Origin: the human T2T-CHM13v2.0 reference genome, Homo sapiens
DNA length: 64,000 nt
Reading direction: 5' to 3' (one strand)
Assembly (NCBI RefSeq): GCF_009914755.1
Contig: NC_060929.1
Shown here: positions 27,111-40,226 of the stretch, piece after piece
Layout: every line of letters begins with the position of its first letter
Numbering within the stretch: the first letter of the stretch is position 1
Notes under the pieces: model-generated
Databases searched by the model: none
Seen by the model: only the letters and a program-made list of their open reading frames with translations
Told to the model about the DNA's origin: nothing
Program-made: the position numbers and the translations under genes

Positions 27111-27216
27111 TTTTCATGTTCTCAATGAGAGGATTAGCTTTTTAGGGCAGTCCTTTCAAACAGAGTAAAGGAAAGACAGCCAGAGTTTATCAAATAAAAC
27201 AGCAGAACCATCTTAC

Positions 27217-27342
27217 CCGTGCAGTTTCTTTCCTCCATGTCTAGAGCAAAGCCACTATTGCAACGGCATTTGAAGCTTCCGATTGTATTTCTGCACTTCC
27301 CATAAGTGCACATCCCAGGAAATGCTTTGCATTCATTGATGT
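27217..27342 (-). CDS. FBN2: FBN2 exon 25, cbEGF11 ([42 protein letters not shown])
   Basis: 126 nt; acceptor TAG|AC, donor CGG|GTAAGA. Confidence 0.96.
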
Positions 27343-27516
27343 CTAAAAGCAGAATGAAGCCAGAATGTAGAGCCGGTTGATATAAACGATTAGGTCCATC
27401 ACTTTAAGTTAAAAATCTATCATGATGGACAACAGTAATGCATCCAAGTAAAAAACAGGGCTACTAAATGTTTCAGTGATCACACTGATATCACACAGGA
27501 AGTTTCAATATGGTGA

Positions 27517-27848
<332 letters not shown>

Positions 27849-28188
27849 TAAGAAAGAGTTCTGATTCCTTTATTTCTCACTACTTGTTTTATAAAGATAA
27901 GTGGGAATAGGTAACTTTTTGCTACAGATGTAGCTATCAGGGCGACATCTCCGGTTGTAGAGGAACAAAGAGTAGAAGAGAAAGATAAGCAATCTGTTTT
28001 ATCTCTTTACTTCAATGCCATCTTATAGGGGATTTATACTCTTGGGACAGAACATTGGTCACAAAACCTAAGTTTAACTGAGAAAATAAAGTGGGAAGTC
28101 AAACATTTAAAGCAAAACCAATTCTCAGAGAATGTGGAAGGCTTCCTGTTGGTGAAGAAGGACCAAGGCGCTGGCCGCAGGCAGTTAC

Positions 28189-28416
28189 CTTTGTAAAATG
28201 GCCGCCCAGTAAGAACATCCCCTCGGTTAGCAAAGCCAGCCCCGCGGGGGCACAGCGTCTCGTATTCCTTGGTGCCAGGTTTGGGGCACTCCTCACACTC
28301 GGTGCCCCAAGCCGCCCCGACAGCACAGCAGCAGGCATCCATGCGGAACTTTCCAGGAACGGGGTGGATGCATTCATCTTCATCCCACTTCAAGTAACAC
28401 TGCTCCATGCGAATAT
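28189..28416 (-). CDS. FBN2: FBN2 exon 24, TB3 (8-Cys) domain with RGD ([16 protein letters not shown]...[11 protein letters not shown]...[14 protein letters not shown])
   Basis: 228 nt; CCC triplet of TB domains; acceptor TAG|AT, donor AAG|GTAACT; ORF 28034..28408. Confidence 0.97.
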
Positions 28417-29437
28417 CTACACCGAGAACGAAATCACAGGGTGAGAATGAGTTGAAACATCCATTGAACAGTCACATGTCAAGCGTCTGCTCAGCACCAG
28501 GCATCATGCAGGACCCTTGCGGTGTACTGGTGGGCAAGATGCAGTCCCTGACCTCCTGGAATGGACTCCATAATGACAGTCATTTAAGGAGAACAAAGGT
28601 GAGATCCTCTTCAGTCTTAATTCTCACAAGAAACCCTCAGGAAGAAAAGGTCCTCTCATGAGATGACTGCTTCATGTCTATTACTCCTTTTTTGTATTGT
28701 TCACTTTAGAAAAAGTAAGATAATTTTAATGATAATTCTTCCTGTTCAGAGAATTGCTTCAAGTGCCTTTTAAGCAGCCCTGTCAGATCCCATTCATAAA
28801 CAGTAAATGATCGGCTATAATCTATTTGCCAATTTGTTACAACTATTAAGATCACTACAAAAGAAAGTGTTATAATATTATTACATTTAAAGTTTTTTTT
28901 TTTCTCCTGCCAACTTTACCTTTTGCATCATGGTTTTTCCCTGGATTATGTGAATTTTCCGTTTTAAGGGACCAATTATTTGTTTAAATGTCACATTTTC
29001 CCTCCAACTTCAAAACAGACCAACATTTCAGTGCTTAGCCTGTGCTAGCCAGGACCTTAGAATATCTATAAACAGTCGCCTACATCTAAAAATAGAGTAG
29101 ACCAGAATGGTCTATAAATAACATGTTCATCTGTTAGCAAATAGATTTATTTTCAAATCATACTAAAGCACTTGGCTGTTTAATTACAAATATGGATAAT
29201 GAGTTTGGAAACGGTTCCTTAATCAAATAGCATGATTTCTTTGATAAGAACATTTTAAGACATTAAATCCTTTCCAGAAGCTGAAAACTGTCTAACGGAG
29301 GGAATGAGATCCCTGATGGAAATGTACACATAAAAATTAATGTTTACTACTTTAGTTACTGTCAATATTGATTCTTTCAAGTTCTAAAAGGTAATGAGTT
29401 ACATTTCTGAGTACTGGAATTAAAAAGTTCTATTTTT

Positions 29438-29666
29438 TTTCTTTCTTTCTTTCTTTTGAGATGGAGTCTCACTCTGTTGCCCAGACCAGGTGTGGCGTGG
29501 TGGCTCATGCTTATAATTTCAGCACTTTGGGAGACTGAGGCAGCTGGATCACCTGAGGTCAGGAGTTCGAGACCAGCCTGGCCAACATGGCGAAAACCCA
29601 TCTCTACTAAAAATACAAAAATTAGCTGGGCATGGTGCTGGGTACCTGTAATCCCAGCTACCTGAG
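29438..29666. mobile_element. Rearranged Alu: minus-strand 3' end plus tail (29438-29484) fused to a plus-strand 5' segment (29485-29666)
   Basis: One 16-bp TSD aaaaagt(t/c)ctattttt at 29422-29437 and 29667-29682 brackets both oppositely oriented pieces. Confidence 0.85.
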
Positions 29667-30601
29667 AAAAAGTCCTATTTTTAAGGAAAAAATAACTGTG
29701 GTAAATGTTTATTTTGATTCAGCAGACTGAATGTAGATATCTACAGAAGGTGATTCTGTCTTATATATCTACATTAACACAAACCAAAAAGCCACATGCT
29801 TTGCCAGTGTGAAGTGTGATAGTAATCCAGCGTCTCATTATCACAGGGCTCTGAGGGGCTAGTCTCCTTATAGCTGGTTCCGTCCCATATGTCAGCAGCT
29901 AAGTAAGAATCTTCTCAAGATGTGAAAGTCTTATATAAGTACAGGTGGCCTAAGAACTCTGGCCTGAGTCATACTGTGAGGTTACTGAAGAAACCTGCTC
30001 AAGAAGCTCAAGACAAACTAAAAATGTACCATTTCATAGCTTATTGGAATAAACTAGGGTGAGAGGGGAAAGGCATCTGAACTATGCATGTAAAAAGTTA
30101 TAACAGCCAGGAAGAGCAATCCTGTCTTTAATACTGAGACCTCTATGGATGTTTATATCGGCAATTAAAAGTCAGCACACTACTGAGAACTCTATATTTA
30201 TATCAGGAATTAAACGTCAGTACACTGGCCACATAAGGCCTATCAATGCTGCGATTGTCCTTGCATGGAAATTAAAATATGAATTTGGAAACCTTTGGAT
30301 GGTCCATGTTCTCTGAAGTTTGCTGCAGTCCCCACTGCTCCCTGTTGTCGCATCACTCATTTATATGTTACATGCTTGGCTCCTGCAAGCATCTGAGTTT
30401 GGGATCCCTGATTCAGATGAGGTTCTATCAGAGCATTTACCAAAACTTTAGTTCTCAGAATACTTTACATTTTCATGTGCCAGTTGCTTCTTGAAACTTT
30501 CTCACATCCCCAGACAGAATTAATTAATATAGCATAATTCAAGTGGTGACAAAAGCATTTAAGCAAAGTACAAGGATGAAGAATCCAATATATCATCTTA
30601 G

Positions 30602-30919
<318 letters not shown>

Positions 30920-32178
30920 TAATTTTGAATAATGTTATTGAAAATTTATTTTGCTGAGTAATAATTTACAATCAATGATATATCTTCATATATTATAGCA
31001 TTTCATTATAGAAGGTAACTTGATTTCATTAGTCATTTGGCCATACTGATATTATTATTTTTGACATTTTCTTTTTTTAAAATTTCGATAGTTTTGGGGG
31101 AATATTTTGTCATTTTCAAATGATACTTATTTCTAAACATTGTAGATCACTTAAAGATAATTTTTAAAATATTTAAAAATCTGAAAGACATTTTCTTTAT
31201 TTTTGTACTTTGGATATTATGTTTTCTAAATAATTTTGTATGATTTTACAGTCATGCTTCCAATCCAGATTTAAATGTGCTATCAAAAACTGAGTTAAAA
31301 ATGAAATCTGTTTTAATTATAATAACTGTATGGTATTGCAAACTTTTTTCTTACAGTAAATTTTAAAAATCACTGATATGTAAATACTTTAAAGGTGATT
31401 GCATACACCACCACTATTATTTATGCTTTGTCTACATGTCTAAATTTCAAATACAAATCTATGTAAAGTTCTTTTATAAACTAAAAATTTACTGTTCCAT
31501 AGCTTATTGGGGGAAAAAAAATCTCTGTAGGTAAATGAAAAATTATTGTTACATACAATGAAAATTAATAGAAATTTCTTTTTCAATCATGAAATTCAAG
31601 TTCAAACATGACACTAATAAAGAAAAAGGTCAAATCACTATTCCTATAATATGCTGTTGAAAGAAAGAGATTCATCACTACAGATCTTTAAAAAATAAAC
31701 TATTAAGAAAACTTAAACTCTAATAGCAATAAAGGAAGGACCAGGATCAGTGAATGATTTCAAGCAGAAGCAACATATCTTTGCTCTTGACTTTCCCCAC
31801 TGTCTTCAGGGTGTAGCTGCAATGAGCTGACAAATGTAAACTTTTAAAATCCTAGTCTCCAACTTTCCTGCTGTGTTCAACATATTCTTACTCTATTAAC
31901 TCAGTGTGAAAGACTGAACCTGTCTAAATTATCTGGTTAAAGAAATGGAAGATTTTGAGATAGATTTTTGAGCAGTCCCAACTTTTGGCATGAAACAGAA
32001 ACAATTTCGCATAAATACATTCACTTTTAAAACAGCCTCTAGTGATTTCCCCCTAAATATCTCATTTAAAGCAAGTTTTCTCAAGTACAAACTCTTGTGG
32101 TTTTGGACTAGCCACTGCTTAAACAAGGAAATTCATGGCTTGTTTTATACATAGAATACATGAGGGTGTGAATCTTAC

Positions 32179-32304
32179 CCAAACATACACGGCCAGTCCC
32201 ATCCAACGTAAGGCCTTCAGGGCACTCGCAATGAAAAGATCCCTTACTGTTGACACAGCGTCCATTTGGACAAATGCCAGGGAACACCTCACACTCATTA
32301 ACAT
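32179..32304 (-). CDS. FBN2: FBN2 exon 23, cbEGF10 ([42 protein letters not shown])
   Basis: 126 nt; acceptor CAG|AT, donor TGG|GTAAGA; ORF 32108..32398. Confidence 0.97.
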
Positions 32305-32786
32305 CTGCAGGGAAATGCAGCAAGCAGAGGAGCAAAGATGTTACAAATAGAAAAAGCAGGTGTGGTCCTACTTCCTGTATAGCATTTTCAATCCACATTC
32401 AATACAATGTGGATTATTACTTGAGTTAAACAGAAATATTCCACAACCGAGCCACCCGCTTTCCTAGGTACCAGCTGTGAAAATTACCACAGCCTTGCCT
32501 GTCCATAAAACATGGCCCAGACATGTGCCTTTCCCAGCTGTTCTGGGCCTTAAAGGCTAGCGATGTCTTCATGAAATTTACACAACTCCATAAAGAGGAG
32601 AAACGGGAAACTCTAAGCTCTTTCCTAAGAGAATTATGCTAAAGCATTTGTTGATTACATCGAGTATTTTTATTGAAATGTCAAGGTTTTTGAAAATGAT
32701 AAATATCTCCAAAGTTTGAGAGTGAATGTTAATTTTACTTACTGCTCAAAAGATGTATAGTATATTCCAAGGAAGGATACACTCAC

Positions 32787-32837
32787 CTTCACACGTAACA
32801 CCTTTAATCCTGGCAAGCCCTCTTGGGCAAGCTGTAT
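32787..32837 (-). CDS. FBN2: FBN2 exon 22, C-terminal part of hybrid domain 2 (DTACPRGLARIKGVTCE)
   Basis: 51 nt; acceptor CAG|AT, donor AAG|GTGAGT; keeps frame between exons 21 and 23. Confidence 0.94.
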
Positions 32838-33109
32838 CTGTAACAACAACAGGACAAATTTTACTTCATTATAGAATAAAATACAACCATGGTATGCTCA
32901 AGAAGAAGTATAATGAAATCTAAATGGAACTAAATAAAAAATGCAAGGCAGGGTCTTAGGGTCCAAGGACATCATTGTCCCCTCTTCATTCAGTAGGGCA
33001 CATGACTTTCTGTGGTAACTCCATTGGTATTGACCTGTATTGAGATTCTCATAATTTTTCCTACAATTTCTTTTTGCTGTCACATTGACAACTGAGTTAA
33101 AAGTAAACA

Positions 33110-33456
<347 letters not shown>

Positions 33457-33699
33457 CTAGCAGATAGATTCTAGCTGATTCCCTTCCATGTTAAAATATT
33501 TAGAAGGCCTGCTTATGCACCAGGATAAAACAAATACACATTTTAAGAGGTAAAAAACATTAGCCAGGAAAGATAACATTTTAGCAAAAGTAAATGATCT
33601 CTGACCTTCTTCACTAAGGAACTGCGTAGTGAAAGAGGTGTCCTAGTGGCAGGAGAAGTTTCCAAGGAGAAGCCCAGAAGCTCCCAATAAGGCTCCTAC

Positions 33700-33837
33700 C
33701 TAGTTCACACCGCTCACAGGGGCTCCCCCAGGCGGCTCCGAGGGTGGCACAGCATTCAGATTTCAGAGTGGCTCCATTAATATTCACCTCACAGCGGCTG
33801 TCCTGGATGTTGAGCCAACAGGTCCCCTTCAGGCTGT
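33700..33837 (-). CDS. FBN2: FBN2 exon 21, hybrid domain 2 ([46 protein letters not shown])
   Basis: 138 nt; acceptor CAG|AC, donor TAG|GTAGGA; CC..GAAWG motif. Confidence 0.96.
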
Positions 33838-33944
33838 CTGAAAAGGAACAGGAAAGGTTGGGGAGCTCTTACCTCTGAAGAAAATAGAATTCAGCTGTGT
33901 ACACAAAAGGCATTTGTTACAGTATTCTAAAAAAGAAAGATTAC

Positions 33945-34070
33945 TGGCTCACGCCTGTAATCCCAGCACTTTGGGAGGCTGAGGAGGAAGGATCATTTGA
34001 GCCCAGGAGTTCGATACCAGCCTGGGAAAATAGCAAAACCCCATCTCCACCAGAGGAAAAAAAAAAAAAG
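33945..34070 (+). mobile_element. Alu left-monomer / FLAM-like fragment
   Basis: tggctcacgcctgtaatcccagcactttgggaggctgagg... followed by an A-tail; single monomer. Confidence 0.8.
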
Positions 34071-34088
34071 AATACTTTAAAAGTTTTA

Positions 34089-34397
<309 letters not shown>

Positions 34398-34586
34398 TTT
34401 TAATAGCATATACTTTGAAAATACTTTCATGTACCTGCATTCAAATATGGTATATTACATATATGTAAATAAAATATTATACTATGTATCTCTCTCACAT
34501 AATATGGTAATTAATATAATTATATCTATTGATATTCTAAGAGGAGTTGTCCAAGATTTTATGCTGGTACTCAGAAACACAGTGCA

Positions 34587-34696
34587 TTGCCATGTTGCCC
34601 AGGTTGGTCTGGTTTGGAACTCCAGGCCTCAAGCAATCCTTCCACTTCAGCCTCCCAAAGTGTTAGGATTACAGGCATGAGCCAGTGCGCCCCGCC
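34587..34696 (-). mobile_element. Alu left-monomer fragment
   Basis: ttgccatgttgcccagg...cctcccaaagtgttaggattacaggcatgagcca. Confidence 0.8.
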
Positions 34697-35454
34697 CTTC
34701 TTTTTTTTTTTCTTTTAACATACTATAACAACATGATAAGACCATCACTTGTGTGAAAAGTATTCATAAGATATATCCTTAATGACAAATGCTTTGATAT
34801 TTAAGATTTTATCGTATAAAATCCTTTTCCTTCTACCTTAAGTCCCTACTAAATAAATCACACACAATGTATGTTCTGTTATGCAAAGGCCAATATTTCT
34901 CCAGCTGAAGATAATTATTTGATGAATAATTTAAAAGAAAAAGCCCTATAAAACGAAGAAGGAATAAACATCACTTATAAAACCCTCACTAATGCATTCC
35001 CAGGGCTAATATCTGATGTATTTTCTTTCAGGCACTTAAAAAATGTGTGTATGTGTGTGTGTAGATTTATCTCTAGTTCAAAAAGTAAATCATACTTATG
35101 GTAAACAATTTGAAGAAATAGAGAAGTATGAGGAAGATGTAAAAATCACCTGTAACCCTCTAGAGATAACCATTCCTAACGTTTTAGACTGACTCCACAT
35201 CAAATTTGTTCTTCCTTTTGAATGGTAGAGTACCCAGTGAAATATTATGCACTTTAAAATTTTTATTTTATGTGGATTAAAGGGAATAACGAATGGTTAG
35301 TATATTTTTGGTGGCATAATGAAAAGTTTTTCAAATGAACAAATAATAAATGACTGTTAACTGATTTTGAAGCAGTGATAAGGAATCCAGTCAAAGCTGA
35401 TATAGCAAATACTAATTGGCTAAAACAAATCATATGTCATGTTTTCCTTGTAGA

Positions 35455-35612
35455 GCAGTGGCTCTCAGTTAAGCGTGCATAATATTACCAAGACGCTTGT
35501 TAAAATGCCGATTCATAAGTTTCCCGGTATGCAGCCCAGGAATCTGAATTTTGACAAACTCCTCAGGTGATTCTGATGTGAGTGATGTGGAAAACACTTT
35601 ACCAAAACCTCA
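35455..35612. mobile_element. MER5-like hAT MITE
   Basis: cagtggctctca...gcttgttaaaatg...cccaggaatctgaattttgacaaactcctcaggtgattctgatg. Confidence 0.7.
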
Positions 35613-35693
35613 ACAGCATATTGTGGCATTAAGACTTGGAAGAAAACAAAGAATAAGTGTATTCCTATAGTATTTATTTGAAAATTCATTTTA

Positions 35694-36013
<320 letters not shown>

Positions 36014-36469
36014 AGTTTTTACTTCTAAATTCAACAACAAAAATACCCCCCTGCCCCCAAACACAGAAAGGGAATTACAATTAAACCATGGGCCTATGAT
36101 GGCAGAAATAGTAATTTCTGATTCCCTAGGAAACACAAGAAGTTACCAACAACCCAAACACCAAGACAGAGGTTGAAACAAAACAATTCTCTCCTGTACT
36201 GAATAAAAAGTTACAGGGCAAAGGTGTGAAAAAGAGCTGGACAGTCACTTTGCTTTTTCACTCTGGCTGGAATGTTCAGTTTGGATAAAACTGTAGAGAA
36301 GCATTTGTGTCAGGTCTCAAACTGCAGGCTTGTTATAGATTTACATCTGTAAATTCCATAGCACAGAGGAAACAGAGATGTTTGTGTAAAGCTACTGTGT
36401 ATTTAAATGATCTTTTAATGACCTGGACTAGTTCTGATTTATCACCTTGTCATCATTTTAAGTAAGATA

Positions 36470-36710
36470 AACAACAGTTATTGCTAAGATTTATCAAGAT
36501 AGTGACAGGAACTGGAAGGCTTTCTATGTATTAATTTATTTACTCATTAAAACAACCCTGTGAATTATGTACAATTTGCAGATGAGAAAATTTAGGCACA
36601 CAGAGGTCAACCAATTTACCCAAGGTCACCCAGCTAGTACAGTGTCAGCATCAAGATTCAAGCCCATGCAGTCTGACTCCAAAGCCCTCACTCTGTAGCA
36701 CTGTGATTCT
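36470..36710. mobile_element. MIR SINE
   Basis: tttgcagatgagaaaatttaggcacacagagg...cccaaggtcacccagctagt...gattcaagccc. Confidence 0.75.
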
Positions 36711-36939
36711 TTAGGCTGGTGCTGTATCAACACTTGAAAAGCTACAAATCCATTGATAGCACCCCGCACCCCCCTACAGGCTCATCCTTCTCTCTCTCCG
36801 ATTCCTTTCCTCCATCCTCCCTCCCTGTCTCCCCACTGACCCACTGTTGTGTGTGTATGCCCATCCCGGCCCCCAGACACACACACAACTGAGATACAGA
36901 TGTAGATAGTCAGGAATTAGTTAAGAACTCTCAAAAAAT

Positions 36940-38060
36940 AAAGCAGGGTAATTAGCTTGAGGGGAGAAACAGGAGAAAGACTGTTATTTTATGTAGGATG
37001 GTCAGAGAAATCGTGACTTACAATGTGGCACCTGAATACAGACATAAAGAGAACCCTGCAAACCCGAGAGAAAAACATTCCTGCCAGATAGATCAGTGGA
37101 CTTCAGGTGGGCATGTGTCTGACGCAGGAGCAGGAAGTAGGCCAGTCTGGCTCAGGCTGAGGGGGTGGGAGGCACAGGGAAACAAGGTCACAGCAGGAGC
37201 AAGATCATGAGGGGAGCACAGGCTTCGGTTAGGACTTGAGCTTTTACTGAATGAAATGAGAAGCCTAGGATTTCCTAGACACAGTTCCTGGACAAAGAAT
37301 GATATGCTCTGATTTATGTTTTAAAAGGGCTGCCTAGTGGCTATGTGGAGAACTGAGTGTAGTATGAGGAAAAGAAGGTAAGGTAGAGGCTACAGTAGTA
37401 ATTACGAAGAGAAATGATGGTGACTTGGATTGGGGGTTGGTGTGGTGATCGTGAGAAGGGGTTGAAATATGGATAAACTTCAAGTGCAATCAATAGGTTT
37501 GCTGATGACTTTCATATACAGCTTGAGAAAAAGACATCAAGGATGCTGCCAAGGTTTTAAGGGGTGGCAGCTAGAAGAATGAATTTGCCATTTGCTGAGA
37601 TGGAAATGTTCCTGGGAGACTCAGGTTCAAGCCAGTACACAGGAATTTGGTTTTAGACATGGGAATTTGAGATATCGATGAGCCATCCAAGTGGAGACAC
37701 TGTACAGACAGTTGGAAACACAAATCTGGAATTGGTGGCAAGGTTGAGGCCTAGAATTTCATTATCAACTAGAGTGACAAATGTGAGAGTCAACACAGAG
37801 GCTCTCGAGGATGAGTGTAGAAAGAGAAACAGAGGTCCAAAGACGGACTGGTGGAACACTTCAGGTTAAAGGTTAGGAGGATAGGGAGGACTCAGTAAAG
37901 GAAAGAGAAAATGTGCCATAAAAGTGAAAGAAGAAGAAGATAGTTGTGCCTGGAAAGCCAAAAATGCAAAATTTCTTGAGAAAGAATGATTAATGAACTG
38001 TGACAAATACTGCTAATAATCTAAGGTGAGGAATGAGAATAGACCATTGGATTTGACAGC
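36940..38060. mobile_element. LINE-2 relic
   Basis: tttgagatatcgatgagccatccaagtggaga, ttgccatttgctgagatgg, ccattggatttgac. Confidence 0.6.
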
Positions 38061-40106
38061 AGAGTGGTCACAGCCATATATCCATGCAAGTTGAAGACAG
38101 AGCGCAGACCCAAGCCAAAGATGAGGGAAACTGGTCTGGATTATATAGAACCATCAAACCACAGCAGTATAATGCAGGAAATATTAATCAAATGCATTGT
38201 TCTATTACATTTAACCATATTCAACCAGAACACCATAGTCTTTTTAAGCAGTTTGCAGAATAGTTGAAGATTAATTTATATTTAGAAAGCTTGAAAAATA
38301 GATTCTAAATCTTTAAATATTCATAGTATCCAACTAATTCATATATAATCTAATGTAATTTTAAATTAGTAATCACATCATGAAATTTCAAAATGTAATG
38401 ACCTGGACCTGTGGAAGAGAAAGTTGCAGGCTAACCACTGATGAGAGCCACTGACAGTCCTATTATACATTCATGACTTGTCCTGTGTATATTTTACTAT
38501 TTGTTATTTTCTTTTTCAACTAGATTCTCTTTTTAATAAAAAAGTACATGAAATAATGTCTAAACTTTAAAAATATTAGGGAAATCTCATTTTGAGCTGC
38601 TCTACACTGGGATATTCAAATTTAATCACAATAAATGAAAGCACACAATACACTGGCTGAGAAAAATATGGTGGTGGTTAGTTGCTGGCAATTGGAAGAA
38701 TGACATAAAGACTTGGGGGTAAAAAAGTCTTTGTTCTTGTTTAGTTAATAAATATAAGGGCAAAAGGCCAAAATAATGGAAGTCTACATGATGAGGCAAA
38801 AACTATCTTTGATGCTCAAGTGGCATGCAGATTTAGTTTTCTGAGACATTAATTGATTAATGCTGAATTCATTTCCTTTGCATAATAAAATGACTCCATC
38901 TCAATTGGAAATTGTGGCTTAGCAAAAATATTTCTGCTTTAGTGGCTCCAACCCACACACCCCACCGCCCCCCCAACCCAGCCCGGAATTCTATAAGAAA
39001 AAAAGTAATGCCCCAGGCAGATGGCAGTCTATTTCCTAATATGAAGAGCTGAACAAGGCTCAGATTTCACCAGCTGTACCTCACTGGGAAACGAGGAGTT
39101 GGTGTTTCCAAAGAGAAGGTTTTCATTGATAATTTTGGACTTGGTCATTTGTCTTTATGTAACAAACAGGTACTCTAGCATCCAGCTAAATATGGTTAAT
39201 GTCAGACATAATACTGAAAAAGCTATTGTCTTCGACAAATATGAAACTAAAGATTCATTTTGGCTAGATAATAAAAACTGCCAGTTAATTTGGCACTATG
39301 TAAAACTGAAATATCTTCCTATTTGGAATATATATTTAGTTCACTTTAAAGGTGGATACTAGCTAATGATGTGAACTGTGTAGGCCTAGTGAATGGAACC
39401 ACAGAGGCTAGAAGTAGGGAAAAATTACTGGGACAGTTTTGTTCCCTTTTACGTGCTGGATTTTTCCTTGCAGTAACAGATCAATCTCCCTTAATATACA
39501 TCCCATGTCATTATCAAGAACTGACTTTAAATGTTTTGAGACATATTGAAAGATGTTAGTTTAGATGTTTTAGAATAATTTCCCCTAGAGATTTCCAAAA
39601 GCAAGAGAACAGTTATCTTCTCTTCCTTAGAGCCCCAAAATTTATGATTGATGGAAAAAAGAAAAAATAATAAATTCCCTCTATGTGTTTAAAAGCTTCA
39701 AATTCTTGTCCTGTTAACTGAATCCAAATTTCATCACATTTTTTGTTTGCCATTGAAGTTTGTTTATAAAAAAGTATGGAGTAGAGATTTGATTATATTG
39801 CTGCCCAAGGCATTTTTAGGGTAACGGATATACATATGTGTGTGGTATGGAAATGATTATAAGTTATAGCATAATATATCTACTTATATAAAAGGAAGAT
39901 TTCTAGAATCTAACAAAAATTGAATAGGCTGCCTAATTAATGCTATTATGTTTTACCTCCATATTGATATTGAGTAAAAACAACTAACATAATGTGTAAT
40001 TCTTTGCTTTTTGGAATCATATTCTGTTTTTATCCGTAGTAAGGCCTGAGATCTGTGCTTATCTTGGCAGTGAAATTGAAGCATCAGTATTGTGTATGAA
40101 TCTTAC

Positions 40107-40226
40107 CAATACAGATCAATCCTGTGGAGCTGAGTTTGCTGCCGGGCGAACATTCACAATTGAAAGATCCAAGGTTGTTTCTGCAGGCCCCATTGACACA
40201 TGGGTTGCTTTCACATTCATTTATAT
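40107..40226 (-). CDS. FBN2: FBN2 exon 20, cbEGF9 ([40 protein letters not shown])
   Basis: 120 nt; acceptor TAG|AT, donor TTG|GTAAGA. Confidence 0.96.

Noticed and set aside
28091-28444. Plus-strand and alternative-frame ORFs overlapping exons (e.g. 28091..28444, 28099..28383, 21700..21897, 40090..40320)
   Set aside because: Shadow frames of GC-richer FBN2 exons with no recognisable domains.
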